A model generated the notes under the pieces. The model was not told the origin of the DNA. It did no database searches and saw only the letters and a list, made by a program, of their open reading frames with translations. This document shows, in pieces, positions 1 through 11,605 of a DNA stretch of 63,939 bases (within the stretch, counting starts at the first letter, position 1; every line of letters begins with the position of its first letter). A program made the position numbers and the translations under genes. Where the stretch lies: positions 20,311,301-20,375,239 of the forward strand of contig NC_068983.1 of NCBI RefSeq assembly GCF_001194135.2. The letters run 5' to 3'. This DNA is from Octopus bimaculoides (Eukaryota).

Positions 1-29
1 TATATATATATATATATATATATATACGT

Positions 30-76
<47 letters not shown>
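1..76. repeat. (TA)n/(TG)n microsatellite
   Basis: Direct reading. Confidence 0.95.
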
Positions 77-83
77 CATACAC

Positions 84-112
84 ACGTTGCGATTCTGCTA
101 GAACCTCATCAG
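84..112 (-). ncRNA. Degenerate minimal hammerhead-like motif (Penelope-type), probably inactive
   Basis: Minus strand CTGATGA-GGTTCT-agc-AGAATC-GCAACGTG: canonical 5' core, 6-bp stem II and palindromic ACGT stem III. A13 is C, H17 is G and there is no good stem I. Flanked by (TG)n tracts. Confidence 0.4.
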
Positions 113-1283
113 CAATGTGCAGAAACAATCTATCCAGTATTACCCTACAGGGTCAGTTGCTTAAAGGCTATATACTAGCGTAAAAGCCACCTGATAGAGT
201 GACTTTTAAGCTAGTGCATATATGTGTGTGTGTGTGTGGTTGTGTGTGTGTGTGTATATAATGAAAAAAGTTCGAACGGTGAATCATTCCATTCAATAAA
301 GAGATTATGGTTCCCTGGGAATTTAGTTAAAGTGAAAAAAGAATCGAATACAATAGATAAGTCGTCTTAATAACATACATGTGTACCAGACATTTAGCTG
401 TTATTTTTAGCATGGGTTTTCTGGTAGGGGCTTCATTTGCCTTCATTGCCTGTTGCTTCAGTAGGAATGTACGGATGCGCAAGCGCACAAAACAGAGAAA
501 ATGTAATAAATATGGACGGCTTGTTCCCAAACATCCCCGAGTGTGGAACAGTTCTCAAAAATAACCTCAATTGTTTTCCGCAAAAATTTCTATATGCCCG
601 AAATGTACATAATCCGAAGTATATTTGTAGATAATTTCATTTAAAAATTTTTTTCCATATTCCTGAAAGTAAAGCAAATTGAAGTGGACTTCCGTGAATT
701 TTCCGAAAATCTCCACGCCCCCTCCCTAAAACATGAATATTCGGAATCTATATGATATAACACATATTCGTAGAAAATTTCATTAAAAATTATTTATTTT
801 TCTGAAATTTATCATCATTCAAAGTCGGGTGTGGGTTGCAGAAATCTGTAGTTATGTCTGTTGACAATTGATCAATTAAATGAAATCTGTTATGAATTTT
901 TTTTTCTCTCTCTCTCACACACACACACACACATTCACATAGGTATATATCTTACACAAATAGAATATAAAAAATTAAAGTAATTTTAGAAATTGTAATA
1001 ATGTATACATACGTGTGTGTGTGTGTGTGTGTAAAGTGTAACAAGACAGGAAGCTCAAACACAGGAAGTTGAGAAAACAATTTGAAGAAGTGAATTTTTA
1101 TATAAAGAGAAATATTATTCATTTTTAATTAAAAAAAATAATCAACCAAGACCGTATTATTCTTTCCAAGATCAAATTATTCGTGTACCCCAAGTATGGT
1201 ACAGATTGATCTAGAGGTTTGAGCGTACATAGAGGGGACACACACAGACAGGGTATTTTATATATCAAGATTATATTATCTTG

Positions 1284-1493
1284 AGGCGGCGAGCTGGCAG
1301 AATCGTTAGCACTCCGGGCGAAATGCATAGCAGTATTTCGTCTACCGTTAGGTTTTGAGTTCGAATTCTGCCGAGGTCGACATTGCCTTTCTTTTTTTCG
1401 GGATCGATAAAATTAGTAGCAATTATATACTGGGTCGCTGTAATCGACTTAATCCCCTCCCCAAATATGAGACCTTGTGCTTCTAGTAGAAAG
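1284..1493 (+). mobile_element. SINE family A (tRNA-derived head, Meta/MESC-like central domain, ccttgtgcc..tagaaag tail), full length
   Basis: ggcggcgagctggcagaatcgttagc head (A-box), gagttcgaatt B-box, body shared with more than 25 copies in the window. Confidence 0.9.
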
Positions 1494-1890
1494 TTAAAAT
1501 AATGTGACACACTGACATTCACGTTTATTATATTAGATATATTAATCTTAGGGGGACATCTTATTTCAATTCAAGTGTATTATATATATATATATATTTC
1601 TTTCCTTTCCCGAGCGTCTAGTAACACAATCTTTATCACGTCCCCACGTTGTTGTTTTTTTGTGGTTGTTTTTTTTCTTTTTCCTTTTTTGAACCTATAT
1701 ATATATACATATATATATATATACTAGTAGATGCACCCAGCATTGCTTAGGAATGAAATTTTTCCTTATATATTGGAAGAAAAATGCAAAATATGTTGTA
1801 TAGAAATTTGTTATTCAAAATTCAATTTATTCTTCAATTGGGATACAATCTATTCTTTAATTGGGAAATCAATTCTGAATTCATAATACA

Positions 1891-1892
<2 letters not shown>

Positions 1893-1962
<70 letters not shown>
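1893..1962. repeat. Perfect (AAT)n microsatellite inside the Helitron 3' UTR
   Basis: Direct reading. Confidence 0.95.
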
Positions 1963-1963
<1 letters not shown>

Positions 1964-2027
1964 CGAAAATAACAAAATTTACCACTTTTATGAAAGGAGA
2001 TAAATTCTACCACAACGTTGAATGAAA

Positions 2028-2972
2028 TTACGTAAGAACTTCTGGGTAAACAACATTCTTTGTTTTCTGGTTTGGAGCATAGACAAATAAGTTTTGCAAA
2101 CTACCTACCCTGGAGCAACCAACATAAAGGTGATCGTAAGTAAAGCAAGCCAGTAGATCTCAAAGTCTGGCCTTCGGCTTTATTTATAGACACTGCAAAG
2201 CAAAGTCGTGCTGGGAATTTTGCTCATTTTAACTTAATTGGCACGACTGTTGGTTTGATTGGAATACTTAGAATGAAAGCCTCTTACCCAGAGGCACCTC
2301 CATTGATGATGGTAGCTTCTGTCACATTAGATCGTAATGTCTTCACAATCAACCTTGACCCATTGCATAATATAGGAGAATCTAAATTTCTTAGAAGCAT
2401 TTTCGGGACTCCTACTTTCAGAAAAAAACTTGTGAAGGAATTCCACGTGGCTCAAGAGAATTAAGGAACTCTGTTGGGAAACGGACAGCTTGATTTTCAT
2501 CAAGGACTGAATCAACTGATTTGCACTGTTGGAATCTTATTCATTAATTCATGGTTTATCCTTGCTACTGTCTCTTTTTTTCGAGCAAGAATTGCCCTTT
2601 CGCACAACCATGTATGTGAATTATAATTATTAATTAAGTCAGGAAATAACGGTCTTCAATTCAGCTAGGGAATTCACCATGATAGCAATATGAGCCAAAC
2701 TGATATCACCATTCCCATGAAATGGTACTTTCCTATTTCCTAATTGGAGGAGCCAGGTTGAAAACTGTTTTACGCATTGGACCCCATGTAATAAAGTTTC
2801 CTTATAAAACTCCTCCGATAGATTTATTGTTGCCTCTGATGTTCTGTAAGGTCTTACCAAGAGCTTCCATTGCACCATTATGTGACATGGTGCATTCATC
2901 CCAAATGATAAGGTGGCATTGTCAAAGCACTTCTGCTGAACCTGAATCTTTGCTTACGTTACAAATTGGAAT
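2028..2972 (-). pseudogene. Helitron RepHel C-terminal PIF1-family helicase, disrupted
   Basis: Manual translation: [159 protein letters not shown]. Contains stops and frameshifts. Confidence 0.9.
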
Positions 2973-2980
2973 GCCGTTTT

Positions 2981-3223
2981 TTACCAGGATACCGAATGTC
3001 CCTTAAAATGCACTTCTTGCATTCTCATCTTGATTCTTTTCCCACGAATCTTGGTGCCGTTAGTGATGAGCATGGTAAGAGGCTCCACCAGGACATAGCT
3101 GAAATGGAAACGAGATATCAAAACCGGTTCAATGCACGCATGATGGGTGACTACTGCTGGTTCCTACAGCAGGAGACCTGCACGACGCATAAGCGCAAGA
3201 GCAAGTGTCTCAAGCATTTCTGA
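2981..3223 (+). pseudogene. Chapaev3-like transposase C-terminus
   Basis: LPGYRMSLKMHFLHSHLDSFPTNLGAVSDEHGKRLHQDIAEMETRYQNRFNARMMGDYCWFL matches the recalled SLKxHFLHSHLDFFPxNLGAVSDEHGERFHQDI..RYQ..DYCW signature. Confidence 0.8.
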
Positions 3224-3327
3224 GCTGAGCATATCAAAAATAAAGTGAGTATTCCCTTAACATAAATATGCTATGTACCATTATATTATAATACTATTTG
3301 CCTTTAACATAAATTTGCTATATACAG

Positions 3328-3698
3328 CACTCGTGGCACTCCGTCGGTTACGACGATGAGGGTTCCAGTTGACCCAATAAACGGAATAGCCTGCTCGTGA
3401 AATTAACGTGCAAGTGGCTGAGCACTCCACAGACACGTGTACCCTTAAAGTAGTTCTCGGGGAGATTCTGCGTGACGCTGTGTGTGACAATGCTGCCCCT
3501 TTGAAATACAGGAACAGCAGAAACAGGAAGAAAGAGTGAGATAAAGTTATGGTGGAAGGGTACTGCAGGGTTCGACACCATCCCCTGCGGGAACCTTGTG
3601 GTGCGTTAGGTGCTTTTGCTCAATAAACACTCACAACGCCCGGTCTGGGAATCGAAACCGCGAGTCCGCTACCCTAACCGCTGGACCATTGCGTCTCC
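3328..3698 (-). mobile_element. SINE family C (tRNA-derived, about 375 bp, RTE-like tail)
   Basis: Head ggagacgcaatggtccagcggttagggtagcggactcg. TSD tatacag at 3321-3327 and 3700-3706. Confidence 0.92.
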
Positions 3699-3920
3699 GT
3701 ATACAGTAATAAAATATACTATTAATATGTAATTACGCGCATAACTCAAAATCCCGACGAGCTATAGCAATTGTGAGTTCAAATTCGGAATCAGCGTACT
3801 CGATTTAGTTTGGTACAGCACCATTTGTTTGTGTAGCAGACAATAAATCTTTTTTTTTTTTGCCCTGTGATATTTAATTAGTACTCTTCACCTTAGCCTT
3901 TTTTGTTTTGCCTTCTTTGG

Positions 3921-5171
3921 TCTTGGCGGTGGCTATCCCTGAAAGGGAGGGCGGAGGTAGCGAATGTGTTCATCGCATCGGTCATCACCTACCGCCTAAC
4001 CGTCGTTCCTTGCCCTGATTCGTGGTTAATCAAGCTGGAAAGACAGCTCTTCCGCTTTTTGTGGAAGAGCTGGAGACCGTTTGTGAGACGCTCTATTTGC
4101 TGCAAACAACCGTTAAAGGGTGGACTTGGGATGCCTTGGCTGTTGATGTGCAAACATGCGCTGAGGTTGAGGCATCTTTCGCTCTACCTGGATGGTGAAC
4201 GGGTGTGGTCTCCGCTGGCGAAACAGATGTTTCCCAAGTTCACTAGTTTCGGTGGATGGGAAACCTGGTTGAATCGAAGATCGAAGTTGGGTACATGGTA
4301 CACGGAGTGCCGCAAGGCACTCCTGCTATTCCGTCACTTGTGCAATGCCTGCGGTGGGGGTTCCNNNNNNNNNNNNNNNNNNNNNNNNNNNNNNNNNNNN
4401 NNNNNNNNNNNNNNNNNNNNNNNNNNNNNNNNNNNNNNNNNNNNNNNNNNNNNNNNNNNNNNNNNNNNNNNNNNNNNNNNNNNNNNNNNNNNNNNNNNNN
4501 NNNNNNNNNNNNNNNNNNNNNNNNNNNNNNNNNNNNNNNNNNNNNNNNNNNNNNNNNNNNNNNNNNNNNNNNNNNNNNNNNNNNNNNNNNNNNNNNNNNN
4601 NNNNNNNNNNNNNNNNNNNNNNNNNNNNNNNNNNNNNNNNNNNNNNNNNNNNNNNNNNNNNNNNNNNNNNNNNNNNNNNNNNNNNNNNNNNNNNNNNNNN
4701 NNNNNNNNNNNNNNNNNNNNNNNNNNNNNNNNNNNNNNNNNNNNNNNNNNNNNNNNNNNNNNNNNNNNNNNNNNNNNNNNNNNNNNNNNNNNNNNNNNNN
4801 NNNNNNNNNNNNNNNNNNNNNNNNNNNNNNNNNNNNNNNNNNNNNNNNNNNNNNNNNNNNNNNNNNNNNNNNNNNNNNNTTGAGAGTCGATGGAAGAGTG
4901 TAGCACGAAAGTTGCGAATAAATGTAACCACATGAATGAGACGAAGGACTCATCTCAGCTATCAGTGGCGAGGCGGGGCACGAGGGGTCCGTGCTAAACC
5001 CGCCTTACCACTCCATCCGTAATGTCTTCCGGTCTGTCGGATCATCCGATTATATTTCGATTTCATTGTAAAATTTTTAAATGCATGTTTCTGTTAATTC
5101 ATCCGTTTTCATCTGACCCCAAATCAGGTTGTATCGTCCCCTCTATGTCACCCCTTGTGGGTAATAAAAAA
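3921..5171 (+). mobile_element. 5'-truncated L1/Tx1-clade LINE (ORF2 post-RT region, gap, C-terminus, 3' UTR)
   Basis: SWRWLSLKGRAEVANVFIASVITYRLTVVPCP..LERQLFRFLWK..GGLGMP before the gap and ESRWKSVARKLRINVTT* after it. AATAAA at the end. TSD ttttgccttctttgg (3906-3920) / ttctgccttctttgg (5172-5186), 14 of 15 identical. Confidence 0.88.
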
Positions 5172-5186
5172 TTCTGCCTTCTTTGG

Positions 5187-5290
5187 AGTTGATAGAGCGT
5201 CGGAAGAAACATGCAAAAATCTATTACTTTTTAATCTTAGTTCAAATATTGCTGATATTACCTTCGCCTTTCATATGAAGGATTTCAATA
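5187..5290 (+). mobile_element. Highly degenerate SINE A
   Basis: gatagagcgtcggaagaaa..ttagttcaaatattgctgatattaccttcgcctttcat aligns loosely to the SINE A head and B-box. Confidence 0.45.
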
Positions 5291-5699
5291 AAAGTTACAA
5301 TGAATACAGACGGTTATGTGGAGGCGACTACACTCCACCACTTCAAATGCTTGGTTCTGAATTTGCGTGAGTAAAACAAAACGACTTCTTTCTTTACTTT
5401 ATTTTTTATTCTGCAAAATATTTTATTTTAAAGATATATCAAGTTAGATTTTCACATACTGAAAAATCTTCATTGAAATTAGCGCAGAAGTGGTTGCGTT
5501 GTAAGAAACCTTGTAAGTGTATCTGGTAGACAGAAACCGTAAGAAACCCGTCATATTCATACATGTATATAGTGAGTGTGTGCGCGCGTTACAGTACAGA
5601 GATCTTAGAATTACAACGGAAGATATTCGCACAGACATTGACCTTGGAATTGTTTTCAACTTTGTACGACGCTCTGTAAGTAGAGTATGATCAAAGGTG

Positions 5700-5830
5700 G
5701 TTCATTTATTGAGCGACGACGAAAGGATAAATGGTGACGTTGCCATCTCGGGAATTTGACCTCAGAGCGCAGCGGTCTGGAACTGATATTCTAACGGATG
5801 TTATTCGATGCTTCAGCGACCCAGGCAACT
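5700..5830 (-). mobile_element. Degenerate SINE A
   Basis: ttcatttattgagcgacgacgaaaggat..gggaatttgacctcagagcg resembles the reverse complement of the A body. Confidence 0.55.
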
Positions 5831-5847
5831 CATCTCTCTCCCTCTCT

Positions 5848-5849
<2 letters not shown>

Positions 5850-5935
<86 letters not shown>
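5850..5935. repeat. (TA)n microsatellite
   Basis: Direct reading. Confidence 0.95.
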
Positions 5936-5941
<6 letters not shown>

Positions 5942-6484
5942 CACACAATCACATAAAGACATAGGTATATAGTGCAAAAATTGAAAAAAAACAAAGATGA
6001 GGTACAAAAATAAACAAACCGGGTTTATCAGGTTTACGTTCAGGAAAATTAGATGTCTTTAATGTTTCAAACACACTCTTCTTTGGAAAGGATAGATCAG
6101 GACAGAGAAGAAATAGAAACGTACAAATGTATCGCAATTAGTTGGTCACTGCGCGCACACACACAGAGGATTTTTCAAAACAGTTTGTAATATATTGTTT
6201 TAACCCTCACGGCTAATATAAAAACTATTATTATTATCAATAATCATCTAACAGCTAATTGATTTTTAAATACTTCTACTCAGTAGGGTGTGGCTTCGGT
6301 TGGTGCTTGGGGCTAACCATCATCACATGTATGCACATAAACGGTTAAGTTTATCCCCATGTATCTTTTACTGCTATCAGCTAACTAATTGCTTTGATAC
6401 AAATCTAATATTTCAAATGGAATAAACAATGTCGTAATTATTTACAAAGTTCAAGATAATTACGGGAAATCGAGGTAACATCTT

Positions 6485-6680
6485 ATGAATTTGGACGTTC
6501 ATAACACCAAAGTTTGTTTCAACACACGAACTGACATGAAGAATCTTGCAAACCAAATGCAAAATCGTTTTATAACGATTTTCAAAACAAAAACGTCTGT
6601 ATTTTCGATACGAAATTGCCTTGGCCTGCTCATGATACTAACCTCAAATTACCATTGTCTTAGAAGAGAAAGGAAACTTT
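6485..6680 (+). mobile_element. ORF N-terminal remnant of the putative Penelope-like family also seen at 60.7 kb and 17.1 kb
   Basis: MNLDVHNTKVCFNTRTDMKNLANQMQNRF aligns to MTLPRQNRICFNTRTRIKNLANQIQDR at 60696. Most nucleotide differences in the shared block fall at third codon positions. Confidence 0.55.
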
Positions 6681-8167
6681 GTATATTACACTTCTGCATA
6701 TCGCATGTCTGAATAATACACAACTTGNNNNNNNNNNNNNNNNNNNNNNNNNNNNNNNNNNNNNNNNNNNNNNNNNNNNNNNNNNNNNNNNNNNNNNNNN
6801 NNNNNNNNNNNNNNNNNNNNNNNNNNNNNNNNNNNNNNNNNNNNNNNNNNNNNNNNNNNNNNNNNNNNNNNNNNNNNNNNNNNNNNNNNNNNNNNNNNNN
6901 NNNNNNNNNNNNNNNNNNNNNNNNNNNNNNNNNNNNNNNNNNNNNNNNNNNNNNNNNNNNNNNNNNNNNNNNNNNNNNNNNNNNNNNNNNNNNNNNNNNN
7001 NNNNNNNNNNNNNNNNNNNNNNNNNNNNNNNNNNNNNNNNNNNNNNNNCCTTGTGCCTATAATAGAAAGGTTTATTAGCTACTGTCGATATGCTTCAGCC
7101 ATTTTTTGACAAGGAAATAATAATTTTATCACCGCCAGAATCGTTTGAGAATCGTTTGTTTACGAAGTCAGCATTTAATGTATTCGGCTGAATGGACGTC
7201 AGTCATTGGTTGAAATTACAGAAATACGACAACTTTAACATGAAATAACTTGCGATGTACGTTTTTTTGTTAAGAAGACTAAGAGAAAAAGATGTTTTAT
7301 ATGACACATTCTACCAGTGTCCCAAGTTTCAAAGTGTTTCGTTAAGAAAATACTGGTGCCCCCGTTTTGAACAAGATCCCAAAAATATATAATGATCAGA
7401 ATCCTTATATCGTTTTTGATTGTCCTATTTCTGTTTGGACAAGGTAGATTACAACTAATTTCTCATGAAAATGACTGATTCGCCTGTTTGTTATATTTCG
7501 TTTAAACAACTAAATATTTGAACCCAGAGCAGAACAAGTCTTAGAAGCATCGCTTGGGTGAAAAATACATTGTTTTCACAAGGTTGGGAGTGAAATAATA
7601 TAAGTGCTAAAATACTATCAAACGGTATCGTATGCACATCTTTTATATATATATTAAAAAGATGGTACATTAATACGATACATAGGGAAGTGAGAATAAT
7701 GTTTTCCACTGATGTTATTGTTTGTCTATTTATTATTGCTTCTCTCTCTCTTATACTTTCCGTAAAATCGATTATTAAATAAGTCAATACATAAACAAAA
7801 TATAAAGTATTGTTGAGTCGTCCTGAACGCCTCGAGATTTCCATCACAGATTAAAAGCCTTTTCGTTGTATTTACATGAAAAAAAGGAGAAAAACATTAA
7901 AGTCACAATATCCCATTTTCCTCTCACCGATAACCTAATTGAAGAGCCGGAATACTTCCCAAAACTTCGCAACAAAGAGAAAAAAAGGTGAGAGTGGATA
8001 TAAGAAGAATATATTTCCGTACAACAATCGTTTAGTATGAAAAAAGTATTAGCAGAAAAAGAGTGATAAAGCGTAGAACTGCCTGATCAAAAGTCAGTAC
8101 AACCTCGTACTATCTTGTTTTTGTTTCTGTGTACAAGGAAGTTAGTACTTTATTTTACGAGGTACGA

Positions 8168-8390
8168 CCTTCTACGATAGACACAATACCTCAATTTTTG
8201 GAGTGTGGTTTAGTCGTTTAAATCGATCTCAATGCTCAACTGGTAATTATTTTATCGACTACGAAAGGATGGGGTGCAAAGCAGACCACGGCGGAATTTG
8301 AACACTAAGACAGAACAGGAAGAAATGCTATTAAGTATTTGACATGTAAACGATTCTTACAGCTCGCCACTTTAGCAATACCTCATTATA
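8168..8390 (-). mobile_element. SINE A, diverged
   Basis: Tail, body and head (acagctcgcc) are recognisable. Confidence 0.75.
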
Positions 8391-8644
8391 CCAAATGTCA
8401 TTTTTAAAGACAATACGGTGTAATTCAAGGGAGACAGGGGCAGTCTGTTAATCTTTTTCAAATACAGCCAAAGCTGAGTTTACTTTCGTCAGTCTGGGGT
8501 TAGAAAAGACGTGTACTAGCCAAGTATATAATCTATTATATTGACTATACCATTTCTAATCCCAAAATTTACATTTTTTTTTTTACTCTTTTCCAAAAAT
8601 ACAAAATTTAATAAACAAAAATAAGGGTGCTTCATGTCAGAGTT

Positions 8645-8830
8645 TTGGTCTGCGGTAAAATGCCTTTTATGGCACTTAGTTACGTCCCTTTAAATTCTTA
8701 GTTCAAGCACCATTTAGGTCGACCTTTCCTTTCATCCTTACAGGATCGATAAAATAACTATCAGCCAAGTACTGAAAGTCAATTTAATCGATTCTACTCT
8801 GACACATAATTTATGGTGTTGTGCTAGGAA
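8645..8830 (+). mobile_element. SINE A, degenerate
   Basis: ggtcgacctttcctttcatccttacaggatcgataaaataa central domain. Confidence 0.6.
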
Positions 8831-9286
8831 TCAATATTAAACAAGTGTAATATTTGGAAAACAAATAAAATAAAATAAACGAATAAAATAAATAAAAGGT
8901 GGAGACTGAGCAATATACAGGATTAGTTCTAGATTCGGTTTCGATGGCTAATTGAAGAACATTCACTTCGCTAAAACCGTAAATGCGAAAATGCAGATGG
9001 CCTGGTCGATAGAATATCGGAAATCTCACCGACATGTTTGTGGTCTGTATCTCATCAAGGTCACTGCGTTTTATGCATGGCAAATATACTTAAGTTGTTC
9101 TGAGAAGATCAACAGACTCCGAATATGTTCTTGTTGTTGTTTCTGCTGCTTTTTTGTGTGTGTGTGCGTGTGTACATGTCTGTGCAGCAGTTGTTGTACA
9201 AACACAGTTCAAACCAGATCAGAAAAATCTGTGTTCAATGATATTTTGGTCTGAGTCAGCTTTCTTCTCGTATTTTTAGAAATACA

Positions 9287-9496
9287 TTACTCTTTTACTC
9301 GTTTCAGTCATTTGACTGCGGCCATGCTGGAGCACCACCTTTAGTCGAGCAAATCGACCCCAGGACTTATTCTTTGGAAGCCTAGTACTTATTCTATCGG
9401 TCGCTTTTGCCGAACCGCTAAGTTACGGGTACGTAAACACACCAGCATCGGTTGTCAAGCGATGCTGGATGGACAAACACAGACACACAAACATAT

Positions 9497-9543
<47 letters not shown>

Positions 9544-9848
9544 NNNNNNNNNNNNNNNNNNNNNNNNNNNNNNNNNNNNNNNNNNNNNNNNNNNNNNNNN
9601 NNNNNNNNNNNNNNNNNNNNNNNNNNNNNNNNNNNNNNNNNNNNNNNNNNNNNNNNNNNNNNNNNNNNNNNNNNNNNNNNNNNNNNNNNNNNNNNNNNNN
9701 NNNNNNNNNNTACCAAATCCACTCATAAGTCGTTGGTCGGCCCGAGGCTATAATAGAAGACACTTGCCCAAGATGCCACGCAGTGGTACTGAACCCGGAA
9801 CCATGTGGTTGGTAAGCAAGCTACTTACCACACAGCCACTCCTACGCC
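9287..9848 (-). mobile_element. SINE family B (tRNA head, CORE-like block, internal microsatellite, Meta-like block, tgactgaaacaagtaaaagagtaa tail)
   Basis: Full head ggcgtaggagtggctgtgtggtaagtagc and tail. The gap lies in the internal (CA)/(TA) tract. Confidence 0.92.
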
Positions 9849-10011
9849 GACATTGTTCAATATATCTTTATTTAATTCAATCGTTGATCATTTGAGGTAA
9901 TTATGACTGTCGTTTCTAGAAAATAAAATGGCCATGAAGAAGCTCTCTTTATGTGGTCAATCGATTATCTCGTTTTCGCAAATATCACCGCTGTAGTTGG
10001 TATCTGCGATC

Positions 10012-10170
10012 GGCGGAATGGTTAAGAATCTCGTTTCATAACAACGCAATTCCAGGTTCGATCCCTGTGCGTAGTGTCTTGAGCAAAATAATTTGACTAT
10101 AGCTTAGGATTGTTGTATACCTTGCTAATGAAAATGAGTTCATGGAAACTGAATAGAAGCCTGTCGGATG
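10012..10170 (+). mobile_element. Degenerate SINE B 5' half
   Basis: tggttaagaatctcg..ccaggttcgatcc..gtcttgagcaa..ggaaactgaatagaagcctgtcg. Confidence 0.5.
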
Positions 10171-10411
10171 CATTGTACCTGTAATTCAACATGTACCGCC
10201 TTATCACGTTCTGTTATATAGATTTGAATGAGAATTACTTTAAATGTACAAGTGTGATTGATATATTAAGTCACAGAAGATATTTAAATCGATAGAAGAT
10301 AATTGAATTGATTGAACTAGTGAATCTACGTAGTCAAACGACGGAGATCCACTGTAAAGCAGTGACAGTACAATGAGATTCCCAACTGGTTTGCTTACTT
10401 GAATATTCAGT

Positions 10412-10752
10412 TCAAGTGACTCAGTGGCTAGAGAGATGAGCTCACAGTCATGAAGTAGTGAGTTCGATCTCCGAACCGGCTTGTGTGTTGTGTTCTTGAG
10501 TAAGACACTTTATTTCACGTTGCTCCAGTTCACTCAGCTGTAGAAATGAGTTGCGACGTCACTGGTGCCAAGCTGTATCGGCCCCTTTGCCTTTCCTTTG
10601 GATAATATTGGTGGTGTGGAGAGGGGACGCTGGTATGCATGGTTGAAAGCTGGTTTCCCATAAAACAACCCGGACTGGTGCCTTAGAGGGTAACTTTCTA
10701 GGTGCAATCCCATGGTCATTCATGACAGAAAGCGGTCTTTAGCCCTTACCTT
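10412..10752 (+). mobile_element. SINE family D (tRNA head, CORE-like block)
   Basis: gtgactcagtggctagag A-box, gagttcgatctcc B-box, ttcttgagtaagacactttatttcacgttgctccagttcactcagctgtagaaatgag. Second copy at 47445-47775. Confidence 0.75.
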
Positions 10753-11218
10753 TGTTGTAGTAGGAAATTTTCCTTTCTGGGTTTCTTTTAAGGAAGGCGG
10801 GTGATGGCGTTGTCAGAGGCGGAAGGACGGTACCACTGATTTTTCAAGGGCTTCGCAATTGGTGAAAAGAAAGGAGGAAGTTGACAAGCTGAAAACTTGG
10901 TTCGAATGCTTGCAACAGAATAATCTCCACTACAGATACCCATGGATAAGGTGTTGGTATCAAACAAAGAAAATTATTAAATTGGGAATTGGAGGAGGTG
11001 AGCATCAACAGCCTCTGGAAAATTTGATCGACATAAGATTACTGTAAGGAGACATATGCAGTGAGGTCGAATACGAAATCACATCGTTGCAAAGCAATCG
11101 TCTTAACAACACAGCCATGTATCAACATGTGAAAGGTCATTCAACGTTACACGCAGAACATAACTGTGTGCAAAACAGATCCTTGCTTGTACGGATAGGA
11201 ACGTAGAGAAAACCCAAT

Positions 11219-11605
11219 CTTTTACGTGTTTCAGTAGTTTGACTGCAGCCATGCAAGAACAAGGCATTGTGAAGTTTTGCCGAAAAAGTCGACTCCTGTA
11301 TTTTGTTTTAAAGTCTGGTTCGTATTTATTCGGCTCCCTTTGGAGGTAGTGTTATGGCGACGTAAACAAACTAACACCGGATGTCAAGCGGTGAGGAGAC
11401 AAGCACACACACGTGTGCGTGTGTGTGTGTGTGTGTGCGTGTATGATTATTGCCGACGTGCCGACGGGATTCTAAACAGTTTCGGCCTACCAAATTCACT
11501 AACAAAGCATTGATCGACCTGAAACTATTGTAGAATATTTAAACAAGGTGCCGCGCAGTGGGACTGAACCCGAATCCATTTGGTTGCAAAGTACCATGCC
11601 TGCAG
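11219..11605 (-). mobile_element. SINE B, old/diverged
   Basis: Tail gtttcagtagtttgactgcagccatg, internal (GT)n, head aaggtgccgcgcagtgggactgaaccc. Confidence 0.75.

Larger units (their letters stand above)
1724..2975 (-). mobile_element. Helitron 3' portion (5'-truncated)
   Basis: PIF1-like helicase remnant on minus strand. Imperfect hairpin (1736-1751) ends 8 nt before a terminal CTAG (1727-1724), which is followed by T as expected for A^T insertion. Confidence 0.9.
2978..3869 (+). mobile_element. Chapaev3-type (CMC superfamily) DNA transposon, right end, with nested SINE C
   Basis: C-terminal transposase motif, then a subterminal region (ataactcaaaa..ggaatcagcgt..) ending tttttttgccctGTG at 3869 (CAC..GTG termini). 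Confidence 0.75.

Noticed and set aside
500-870. Possible non-autonomous DNA transposon with an internal direct repeat (gtaga.aatttcatt.aaaaatt at about 627 and 771)
   Set aside because: No TIR, TSD or second copy in the window.
7088-7360. Segment that looks like a dispersed repeat from memory
   Set aside because: Single copy here with no definable termini, so it cannot be supported from the sequence.
10859-11047. ORF ..LKTWFECLQQNNLHYRYPWIRCW.. faintly like a CRE-type RT segment
   Set aside because: Similarity is limited to a few residues and no flanking motifs were found.
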